A DNA stretch of 64,000 nt from contig NC_134028.1 of assembly GCF_964204645.1 (NCBI RefSeq), positions 7,006,001-7,070,000 on the forward strand, given 5' to 3'. This document shows positions 1 through 11,066 of this stretch, piece by piece (position 1 is the first letter of the stretch; the number at the start of each line of letters is the position of its first letter). The stretch comes from Tubulanus polymorphus (lineage: Eukaryota > Animalia > Nemertea). Under the pieces are notes generated by a model that was not told where the DNA came from, ran no database searches, and was given only the letters and a program-made list of their open reading frames with translations. Both the position numbers and the translations under genes were made by a program.

Positions 1-145
1 ATTTCTGAACGAAAAGCTAAAAAACGAATTTTGGAGATTTTCTTTGTCGTAGGTTTTTTCAACATCTTTATAATCCACTAATTTTGACAATTCTATGATA
101 TCTACCGGTATGGAATATGTAATCGGGTATTTTGGTAGTAGGTGG

Positions 146-259
<114 letters not shown>

Positions 260-519
260 AATACTCACTTTATATTATGTTTCACGTTCTGAAGCAACCG
301 ATATCAAAAATCAAAATTCACCCAATGCCTGCCTGTTTTTTTTTTTTCGTTTTCGCGTCGTAGCATGTAACATCATCTTTAGAAATACGAGAAACCGACT
401 TCAGGCGATGTATGAAATTACGGATCATTGCGAGAAAGGTCTCGATGTTTTGAGAATGTTAGTTCGATGGTTCTGCTGAACTTAGAGATTATTGATAAAC
501 TCAGGACGCCGTTGTGACT

Positions 520-763
520 AAAGCCGCGATCGCATGGAGACGATTTGGCCCCGGTCAAATTGGCATGGATCAGTTGGCCAGTGCCTAAGAGAGTGCGTTC
601 ACACGTAAACCACTTACTCGATACTTAACAAAGTGAACTGAGTCACTTTTGGAACCAGTTGCAAAAATTTGGCTCAGACCTGTTCCAAGATTTTTGGTCG
701 GGCCAAATTTAGCCCGAGCCAAACAGGCACCCGTGTGAATAGTTGATCCTGGCGATCGCGGCT
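520..763. mobile_element. MITE family 1 (AGCCGCGATCAC termini, PIF/Harbinger-like)
   Basis: Terminal inverted repeats AGCCGCGATCGC...GCGATCGCGGCT. Internal blocks (GACGATTTGGCCC, AAACCACTYACTCGATACT) are shared with copies at 1288, 3125, 6915, 8021 and 8880. Superfamily is inferred from TIR form and AT-rich 3-bp flanks. Confidence 0.8.
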
Positions 764-1174
764 TATACATCAGTGCGACCTGAACTAGACATCTGTACAT
801 GTCGATCTTACCGCATGAGTGGTCTTTAACCAGAATATCTCTTGTCATTCGACGTTGGATTGTTTTGGCAACTCGGGCGGGTGATCGTAGAAACCTAGCC
901 TTTTTATTTCGACTACCGGGTAGATATCGCTCATCTCTTGAATCAGTTTTTTAATTTCAGCGCAAATATTCGAACGTTTTTACTCTGTATTTGTTTTATA
1001 TAGAATACGCCCGTTATAGTATCTAGCACAGGTGGAGGAAGAGACGACGGCGCAGTATAGGCAGCAAATAATGCTGAACTATTTTCTATCGTTGGATATT
1101 TCTACGCAATCGTAAAAATTGACATTTATGTAGCGCAGGTATCCAAGAGAGTCTGTTCAGATGCGCTCCAAACT

Positions 1175-1595
1175 TGGTATTATTACCCCTAGCCTATAAC
1201 TCTATTCATGTATCAGTCATCTCTCCCACAGTAACATCCGAGCGGCTGCTAGGCGCTCAGGAGTCATCTATCAGGCCAGGTACCCATTAGCCGCGATCAC
1301 ACAGAGACGATTTTGCCCGGACCAAATTGGCACGGATCAGGCTCGGGCCAAATTTGGCCCGTGCCTAATTAGAGAGCGCGTTCACACGCAAACCATTCAC
1401 TCGATACTAAACAATGCTAAAATTTGGCAAGGGCCAAAAGTGCTCGTGTGATCGCGCCTATTTACTCCTGGGTGGAGAGAGGCAATGAGGATAAGTGTCT
1501 TGCCCGAGGGCACTATGGTAAAGTACGGGGGGGGGTTCGAACCCACGACCTGGCTTCCCACAGTCGAACGCTCTAACCGCTCGCCCACACCGCTT
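1175..1595 (-). mobile_element. tRNA-derived SINE with MIR/CORE-like central domain, interrupted by a MITE
   Basis: Minus strand shows an A-box-like TGGGCGAGCGG and B-box GGTTCGAACCC, then GTGCCCTCGGGCAAGACACTTATCCTC...CCACCCAGGAGTAAAT. The sequence resumes as AATGGGTACCTGG beyond the MITE at 1288-1459. The 3' end is approximate. Confidence 0.75.
1288..1459. mobile_element. MITE family 1 copy nested in the SINE
   Basis: AGCCGCGATCACAC...GTGTGATCGCGCCT termini splitting GGTACCCATT/ATTTACTCC. Confidence 0.8.
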
Positions 1596-2225
1596 GCTCA
1601 ACGATAATCTACATTTCTACGACGATTTACATTTCCGTCCCCCGACGAGCGGAACCATCACGGAAAATACTCGTCGACGCTTCCCCTGAATATGATAGCC
1701 GGCAACTGCTAAATGAAAGTGTGCAGCCGTCGATTGTTCGGTTTTTTTGCAGTGATGTTATGTATTACACAATCTAGTAGTCTAGAATTATATGCCACAA
1801 TTTCATGTATATTCAGGACAGCGTTCGACGCAAATATCGTCGTAAAGCGAGAATGAATATATACATATATATATATATCACTTCTGCGCGTAAGTCGTAG
1901 GCCGTAATAGCTCTGAAGGGACGGACAGTGTTTCTCATTATTCGACCAGTTTGCCGGCAAATAGCTTCCAACGCCGCGACGCAATTGAGTATTTACGCTT
2001 AAGATAAACCACGACGAATGCAGCAGCCCCGCAAAACAACGACGTCGTTTTATCATGGTGGATAGATGCGGATTCCTTTGACTGGCGGCCGACCGTTCTT
2101 CTGACCACTCTGTGATTCGCATTCTTGATTTATGACCGACTCCCTAATTAACATAAAATGATTTTCTTCTGTTTTCGTTTTCGATATTCGTCGTCATCCA
2201 TCAAAAGCAATTTATATGAACATCA

Positions 2226-2247
2226 TATATATATATATATATATACA

Positions 2248-2330
<83 letters not shown>
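2226..2330. repeat. (TA)n microsatellite
   Basis: Long, nearly pure TA run. Confidence 0.97.
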
Positions 2331-2332
<2 letters not shown>

Positions 2333-3124
2333 TGAGTCCCTCATGAATCAAGAAGCTGACGGATAGGGGTATAGAATTCCAATTGGGAAATAGATAAAGG
2401 AAATGATAATAATTGATGCAGTCCTGAATTAACCATTTCCATCTCGGGGGACTCGTGACACTCGCACACAAGTCCATCAAATTTTTTTCTTAGTGCCCTT
2501 TGACATTTTGTCAACAAAAAAGATTGGCGTGTTTCATTGTGGGTGTACGTTTGATATTGCCTTTTTGGACATCGAAGTGTCTTTTGGGGTATGACAAATT
2601 CAGGTCCTGTGTTATGAATGCCGAAATCTGTCACCATAGAAAATCTGGGGGGTCTACAGTTTGATAAGCCCCCTCAGAATGGACCTTATACCGGACGGTT
2701 GTTCGTTTGAAGAATTGCGTTATTCTAAGGAATCGGGAAAAAATCCGACGGCAATTTTCGCAGCTACGACACGCGCACATGACGATGCCTTCTCTTTTAC
2801 TGCCTTTTACGCTCGATGGCTGAGAAATAAAAGCCGTATTAAGTTGAAGTGTTTATCATTAGGCTGTAAGAGGCTGTTTAGTCGGGATAGTGTCAGACCC
2901 GCGCTGTCGCCGTCGCTTAACTTCAAACTGTCTCTTGTTTCACTTTCAGGACAAAAATAAACGCCGTAGGAAAACTCTGATAATGGTGACTATATCAGTT
3001 TATCTCTATAAAGTAATTTACGGGCTGAATAAGATTGGCGCATATATACCGAACCCCTTTACCGCGGTGCATAAATGTGGTTTCATGGAGCCCCTTCGAT
3101 AACAAAAAATCTGTTACGACTTTA

Positions 3125-3404
3125 AAGCCGCGATCACACGGAGACGATTTGGCCTGGGCAAAAGTGCGCGTTCACGCATAAACCACTCACTCAATACTAA
3201 ACAATGCTTTGACAAAGCGAAGTGAGTCCAGAACCGGTTGCAATTCACACGTAGGTAATTGTTCGATCCCTGTTAAAATTTTGCTCGGGCCTAGTCCGAC
3301 GTTTTTGGGTGGGCTAAACAGGTACAGACCGATTTGGCACCCGTGCGAATAGTTGTTCCGGCACTCATTTGGCACAAGCCAAAAACACTCGTGTGATCGC
3401 GACT
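3125..3404. mobile_element. MITE family 1 copy
   Basis: AGCCGCGATCACACGGAGACG...CTCGTGTGATCGCGACT termini plus the shared internal blocks. Confidence 0.8.
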
Positions 3405-4477
3405 TACGACTTATTGCCCATCCAGATAGTCCTAGGTTTTGGGTTCCATAGTTCACTGTTAAAATTTGACTGCAGGAAAAATTATATAGATGGACAATAT
3501 GATCTTCAAGTTATTTCCTAAATCTCAATGTTTTAAATAAGCTGCCAACAAAATTAACCACAATCAGTCACTTACTGGTACAGGCTGTTTGGAAGATCAT
3601 TTGAATGAACTGGAACCAAAATTTCCAATTATGTACTTCTATTTGAACAGAAAATTCTGTAAACTCGTCCGCCGATCACACAGGTACATCTTTACTTCAA
3701 TTTCCGATTTCAAAATCAAACTCCCTGTTTCGCTCCCGGCAGGTATGGTGGGTTTGTAAGGGACACCAAATCAAAACAAATCAAACGAAATCTATTAATC
3801 AAATCAATAAGAGGGAGAATTCAATTATTTAAGATTAAAACATGCGAAATTACTAATGTTTCAAGTCAGACTTGAATTACAATTTCTGTGGAACTGGATC
3901 CAGTGCATCTTTTTGACTACTTACTTGAAAGTCAAGTTAAGAGTAAATTTTTTTTTCAAATTTTTCAATTCCGGAATAGAATAATAGAATTATATTTAAA
4001 AGTTAAAACTCATCCCAAATGAGACGATCGATGAGGAACACAATATCATATTCTGTGGTAACTGGTGGTCCAGTGTTTAGTATTGATAATCTATTACGGA
4101 ATCGAAAAATTAAAAAAAAAAATTTACTTACTCATTAGGCCTATATTATAATTTAGGGATTAATTAAAAAACCACATTTATGAACAAAGTATTCAGGCCG
4201 GATTATTAACACTAAAATCATTTTTGTCATCCCTCGTTTGCCCATTTTTTAGCATGCAGCAGGCAAAAACGAATATTGAGATAAAACAATTGAAACGTTG
4301 CCCTTCGATATTATATCACGAGTCTCATTTTCATCCTAGGCTTTACTTTAATGTTGTGCTTTGTTTTTTGCGAACTATTTTAGCCGAGCATAAACGAGTG
4401 ATTTTAGATGACGAATAAAACCGATTGAACTCGCCGGGGATTCGCAGAAAAACCCGGAAACAGTTTCTCTTCATAAC

Positions 4478-4690
4478 CTGGGGCAGATCCAGGCGGGGGC
4501 TTGATCTGAGGGCCATACCAATTTTTGACCCATTACTGCCTTCTAGACCCGGTCCAGAATTTCCGATATAATTGTGGGTGGGCATTTCACTTTATTTGAT
4601 TAAAATTTAAAAAATTGCCTGAGTAAAGTGCCTCGAACGAATGGGAACTCAAATGGAAGTCCTGTATGAAACGCCCTGGATCCGCCCCTG
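4478..4690. mobile_element. MITE with (C)AGGGGCGGATCCAG-type TIRs
   Basis: CTGGGGCAGATCCAGG ... CCTGGATCCGCCCCTG inverted termini. A related right end occurs near 24985-24996. Confidence 0.6.
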
Positions 4691-5814
4691 ATATCATTCA
4701 TTGCCGTAATTCGAACCCGATACCATCCGCGAGAAACTCGTCTCCGATCAGAATATATACGACATACAATCAGAATTAGTGTTTCCTATGGTCAATAATT
4801 TCTGCAGAAGAGTGCACTTACGGCTATAAGAAATTTGATTGGCCGTTCTGGACAGGAGTTTCGGTAATATCTGTTTCGAATTTCGGTCACGGGTCTAGGA
4901 GGATTGTTTTACCGGGATTACAGTTGTCGATTAAAGCGCCGATCACATGAGCATTTTTGACCACGTCTCCGTGTGATCGAGGCTTTTATAACTTGCCAAG
5001 TGCATAAACAACAAATTGATGAACTTAAAACTACGAACTAAATACTGGTTATTTGGGCATTGCTTGTTGAATTCAATTTTTCAGTATATTATCTGAACAT
5101 AGAAATCTGAACCAGAGAGTTCGATTTCTATGAGCATTATACTGAACATGTAATTTTACGCATTGCAAATATGTTTTAAACAGCGTTGTGGCTGAAGAGA
5201 AGCCACAAGTCTCCTCCGCATACTGTTAGATCAGTTCTCAGTTTGGCCTCCCCTATGAATAATCCAGGAAGAAACCTTGAGCCCGCTGTCGATGTCGCGA
5301 GTGGCACTCAGCGGATTGAGAAATTAAAAAAAGAATCTCAAGCTGTTGTTTCTTGTCATTTTTCTGGCAAGTTATAAGCGATTTTTTTGTCAATCGACAG
5401 AATTATTTAAACGTTATACAGTTTTTTTTCGATGTTACCTCGGCTGTATTGTCTGTTACGAATTTCGATGTCGTCCTAATCTGTAAACAGCATGCTGCAA
5501 CAAATTTCTCATTTAGAACTTTTCTTCAATTTTCTGCAATTTTTATCAGTGAGTAATGGATTCAGGTTGAATCTGTGCGGCTGATGTTCTGAATAATATA
5601 AGACTATGAAATACCCAGATCCCCCATCTCCCAAATGCTTTCAAGAATTAACAAATAATCTGGGCTTAAGAGTTTTCTTTCAGGTTTGTTACGTGTTTAG
5701 ACATTTCCTTCTACTGATGTTCAACTATTGATTCAAATGTCAAATGCATGTTGATTTTGTAGACTGGGTACAAAGTTAGCAGGGGTTGGGGGTATGACAG
5801 TATATGGTATGTCG

Positions 5815-6130
5815 ACAGGAACCAATGGGGTATTGGCAATGCTACTGTGGCAAGTGAGGATTCAGCGATAATCCACCAGGATTCACTAGTGGCATTGGGT
5901 TACCGCGCTTCAATTTCTTCAACATTTCAATTGAATCGACTTTTCTCATTAGTAAATCAATTTTCAGTGAAATCTATACCATATACTGAGAAAGTCGATC
6001 TTATATTGATCTGATGACTTTTTAGATTAAGCAGCCTGGATATCAAGTTCAAATTTCATTAAAAATACACTGATTTTCACTACATATGACCCAGTGTTTT
6101 GTTGCGCCATCTGGTGTTACTGGTATCCAG
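5815..6130. repeat. Interspersed repeat, second copy at ~12890-13220
   Basis: Shared blocks TGTGGCAAG..AGGATTC, TTACCGCGCTTCAATTTCTTC and CGCCATCTGGT in two PDE introns. Confidence 0.7.
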
Positions 6131-6914
6131 TGGTGTGGTCTATGGGTGGGAGGGCAAGCACAATGCACATGACGCATGGAAACGGAAACAAGGAATGAAA
6201 ACATGTTCGCTCTTCGCTTCCCAAAAATCATGTTTCTCGTTTCTAGTAAACGCACACAGCACAGGGAAACGCTCGGACACATGTATCTGTTTCCGTGTTT
6301 ACTTGCGCCGTGTTTTTTAGGCTTCAGGGTTGATAAAAGTTGAGCTTTAAAATTATTCTTCGAGCGGACAAATTAACATCCGAGTTTATATTCGCAAGAA
6401 CTGCCCTCGAAATCTTTCGAGCTTAATTCAATCAAATGATAATCATCCCGGTTTGAAATCGATATACGTCCCTCGTGGCGGAGCCGGTTGATTTGTTTGA
6501 TGCGCCGTGGCGGCGCTTTTCCGCCGAAATGGAAAAAAATCTATACGACCGAGAACCGCTTCGTGCAGAACGCGAAGCTAAATGCGTCTAATGGATGGAT
6601 GTGTTACTCGGTAACCGGCTTAGTAAATAATCTGTAGTCGTCGTCTCCGCGGCTGACTGTCGCGTAAAAACATCGGGCGACAAATCACCGAGCGATCTTC
6701 GATCTATGACACCTTTGACACCTGTAAATGCACGCGATACTCCGAGGGGATGTCCCGTGCCATCCATTAAAAGCGTTGTAGTAAGCCGTGATTATTGTTG
6801 CCTCGTCGATATTTTGATTTCGCATCGTCATTTTAGGATGAAAAGAAATACGCTTTTAGAGAAAAAAAGTGAATGATTATTTACAGTCAGAATCGTTGGT
6901 CTAGTTCACGCGAT

Positions 6915-7234
6915 CCGGGATCACATGAGCGTTTTCGCCCAGACTGAATTTGGCCTGTGCCAAATTAGAGGGGGGTCAATCGTGCTCAGGGGTGACGAAA
7001 ATGGATCGTGCCTGTTTGGCCCGACCAAAATCATCGAAACTGGGCCCGAGCCTAATTTTAGCACCTGTTAAATTATTGCATGTGAATTGCAACTGGTCCT
7101 GGAAATGACTCAACTCTCAAAGCATTGTTTAGTATCGAGTGAGTGGTTTACTTGTGAACACGCTCTCTAATTAGCACGGGCCAAATTTGACCTGGGCCTG
7201 ATCCGGGCCAAATCGTCTTTATGTGATCGCGGCT
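6915..7234. mobile_element. MITE family 1 copy (opposite orientation)
   Basis: CCGGGATCACATGAGC...ATGTGATCGCGGCT, with the internal blocks reverse-complemented. Confidence 0.75.
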
Positions 7235-8020
7235 TATATATCCTCTCAAGTCCTAGCGTCTTGGACCACTTAATCGTATAGTTAACTAAAGCCCATCCAT
7301 GCAAATATTTTCTGACAAAGCTAACACCAACCGGACACCACTTTCCCGATACAGTCGAACCTCGTTACAACAAATTTCATCGTACCATTCGTTATAACCG
7401 ATAGTTCATTAGGCCCTATATCCGGTATGAAATTATCTAAATTTTCCTGTTTGGATGAAATCATTTTACCCGAGGTTCCACTGTACGACGAAATCGAGTT
7501 CAGATAGGGCGAGTATATCATCAGGAATGTAACTTAGACACCAGTTGATTTGTTTCTGGTATATCTATATATACGCGTTAATGTTCTGTTTCTTTTCTAT
7601 CCAGTTTAAAGCTTTTCTATCTATCGGTCGTCATTAGGCGGGCGATAATTATCGGTTTTTCATCCAATTAGATCCCGTTCGTTCTATTCGTCTATTTCTC
7701 GTACTGATAATAATCTCTTCATTTCCCATCATTGCCCCGTCGCGCGGAGTTAGTTCCGATAGAAAACAACATCGACCCGATTCAATCTAACCCATTCCCC
7801 TCTCCCCGTTCTCTGTCTCTCTATCTTCATCCATCTCACTCCATCCATCGACCTCTCTCCCCAGTTGTCATAGAAATTGACTGATTGGTCTTAATTCTCG
7901 CCTACTTCTTTCTCTCACCTTCCCTCTTTTCTCACCCCTTCTATTCGACTCATGTATCGGTTCTTAACGAGAATTGACTAATAGTATCTATCGTTGTCCC
8001 TTTCTGCTTTTCTGTGTCTA

Positions 8021-8345
8021 TAGGCCATTTGCACGGAGACGACTTGGCCTATCCAAATTCGCACGGATCAGGGCCCGGTCAAATTTGGCCCGTGCCTAAT
8101 TAGAGAACGCATTCACGCGTAAACCACTCACTCGATACTAAACAATGCTTAAACAAAGCGAAGTGAGACACTTCCGAAACCAGTTGCAATTCACACAGAA
8201 TAATTTGCCCTTGCTAAAATTTGGCTCGGGCCTGGTCCGACGTTTTAGGTCAGGCAAAACGGGTACGGGCCCGTATGACACCTCTGTGAACAGTTGTTCT
8301 GCATCTAATTTGGCCCGGCCAAAAATGCTAATGTGATAGCAACTT
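8021..8345. mobile_element. MITE family 1 copy
   Basis: GCACGGAGACGACTTGGCC...AAACCACTCACTCGATACTAAACAATGC, with degenerate termini. Confidence 0.75.
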
Positions 8346-9080
8346 TTATATCTCTTGTCCCAAGTTTCTTTCCTTTTCATCCCTTCTCTTCAGCCTTCTT
8401 TCTCTATTTAGTAGTTTTTTCCTCTCCAACTTTCCATCTGCATCTTCTCTGTTTCCATCCATCTTTCTTCTTTTTATTCCGGTTAGGCAATTTTTCCTGT
8501 AAACCTCGGAAGCCTGGCTCTCATTCTCGCGGTTTCGCCGCGTCTACACACAACATCTTCGTCGAGAATAGAATCTTATCTGAAAACGGATTCCGCGCCG
8601 TGCGCTGGCAGGCAAAATTAGATCTACGCCGACAAAAATTTCTTTGAAAATTATCGTCGCTGCGCAAAAACAGGAGACAATCTCGTCCTCTCTGAAAATT
8701 GTTTGAAATTTGCCTCCGGGGCAAAATGTAAAAGAGATGTGAGACTAATTCCAGACAATACACGTGCATTAATCTTGTCGGCAAATTAAACGCATCATTG
8801 AAAACGGTTGTGTTGTTGCATTTGCCGACATCGGATAATTTGATGTAGGATTTTCATTAGGTTCGTAGATACGTATTGTACCGGGGCCAATTTCACCGAT
8901 CTAGATGGATTGACCGATAGCCGTGGATAGACCCGGAACGACTGTTCACACGGGGTGAAAAATGGGCCCATGCCTGTTTGGCCCAACCCAAAATGTTGGA
9001 ACAGGCCTGAGACAAATTTCAAAATGGTGGTTGCATTATCACCATTGATATAACACTATACCTGTGTTGTGATGATGATC

Positions 9081-9283
9081 AAGAGAGAATCCCACAATAA
9101 TGACGATAAACAAAGTCTGAAAATGTTCCTAGAGCTAGTTGTTTATTTGACATTTCGACTATATTCTAATGTATCATTCTATTATGTATATTCTATTAGA
9201 ATCTAGTCGAAAAGTCGAATAAATAATTAGCTCTAGGAACATTTTCGGACTGTTTTTCGTCAATATTGTGGGATTCTCTCTTT
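9081..9283. mobile_element. Fold-back element with GAGAGAATCCCACAATA termini, lying within a family 1 MITE remnant (~8880-9395)
   Basis: About 90-bp imperfect inverted arms (AGAGAGAATCCCACAATA...TATTGTGGGATTCTCTCT). Termini are shared with the elements at 12036, 19248 and 38458. Confidence 0.7.
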
Positions 9284-11066
9284 ATTACAGGTTACTTTGT
9301 TTGAGCATTGTTTAGTATCGAGTAAATGGTTTACTCATGAACGCGCTCTCTGATTAAGCACACCGACCAAATCATCTCTGTTTGATCATGGCTATAATGT
9401 CTAAATCAGGGGTCCAACTAAACCTCGCAACTCAACAAGAATTTCAACTGATTTAAGTTAAACTCGATAAAAATTTCGGAAAACCGGGGTGTACATAAGT
9501 ATTGAAAGATGATAACTGTAGAACGCAATCACAGTTTGGTTATAAATTCTTCGTAATAAATGCGCAGGCTAACTCGACAGTAACTGGTGGGTAAGCTCAT
9601 AACTAATTCAGATACACGCTGATTCTGTCAGATACTGACAATGTTGTTGTCAATATCACTCTCTTGTTTCTCAGCCTCTCGTGTCTACGTATCTCCGCCC
9701 TGCGATGCTAAAAGCTACGATTGATAAAGTGCCGATCTGGCTGTGTTTTTTTCCCGCTTTCTGAAAGAACCGTAAAAAAGATATCCACGTCATCATCAGC
9801 GAGTATATCCCCGTGCCGTCTGAATCAGATGAAAATTTCAGGCGCAGTGCCCATTGTTATTCAAAAGTCCTCGTGAAAACATCAAAACAGTGGGTTTTTT
9901 GTTCAGTGGTTTTTTCTGGCTTTCCTCCACCAATAGGGAAAAGAAAGCTCTAACCTGCGAACACCATGAACGCCACAGTACACAGCAGCTTGACATTCTT
10001 TTTTTAATTCAAAATTTATTCGCACTCTATCTAAAGTTCGGCAGCCAACACCTAGTATAATAGGTGAACTTATTTTGTTCGACTTAATTCTGACTCGTAA
10101 CTCATGAACCGGGTCCAAAAAACTGTGGAGCACTCGCACCTCACTGACTGGTTCTTCCTGACATTCTGATTTCCTGTATTTTCCCCGTTTTTCTTTTCTC
10201 TCTCTCTCTCTCGATGATTAATAGCACGTTTTTTAACGACGTGGCTAGTAGCCAATCTGCGATAATATTGACGCACACCAGCAACCATATTGTCACCTTT
10301 CGCTGAATAGTAACGATGAAATTGCCATCCAATTTGCTGCCAAATGACGTATATCAAAGGACAGCGGCACGGCTAACGTCACTGGCAATTTTTTCTCTTA
10401 GCCCATCCAGACCTTAACGTTGTTTTGTCGCAATCTTCTTTCTCGTCTGGCTGTCATTCTACTTCAGAGTACAATGTCCCTTAGCCGGTGAGTTGGATGA
10501 ATTTCTAGAATTTTTTTTTGCTTTACTTCGTTTAGATGCAAAATTTCATGACTCCGTCTGCCAATAGGAATTTTTATTTTTGCTTTACTTTGTTCGGATC
10601 CAAAGTTTCATAGATCCGTCTGCTGATAGAAGTCCTGATAATCCGATCGACTGCGATATCTTGGAGGTTTGAGCGAAACCAGAGACAAAGTTAGGAAATT
10701 GAGAAAAACGATATGTTTGTCGAAATCGCTTGATTAATCGTCGTGTCAGAATATTTCTCATATAAAGTGCATGATGATCAATTGGTAATACGATCGCCCG
10801 CGAACACTGTATTCTATATAAGCATTCGTTGATCGATGATCATTTAATCAGTCCTACCTCACATTGTCTGTATGATCATAATTTGGAAGACAATCTTTAT
10901 GTAATGATTTTTCGTTTCGGTGATAATTCAATGTTAGAATATAGTAGTAAATAGTAATTAATCGCAACTTTCAGTACCTAAACCTCACTCGAAATGACAT
11001 GTCGTTCATGAATTCCTTTCTATGAATCATGAATTAAGAACCTCTTTCTATATTATGTATTTTCAG

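Noticed and set aside
585-848. ORFs at 585, 3187, 8138-8380 and 8795 that resemble each other
   Set aside because: All lie in copies of the same non-coding MITE and show no transposase motifs.
1520-1595. tRNA-like A and B boxes
   Set aside because: No convincing cloverleaf, and the sequence continues into a SINE body.
5184-5366. Possible PDE exon (AG acceptor, open frame, GCAAGT donor)
   Set aside because: It is phase 1/1, which does not fit the phase-0 downstream exon; the donor is non-canonical and there is no PDE similarity.
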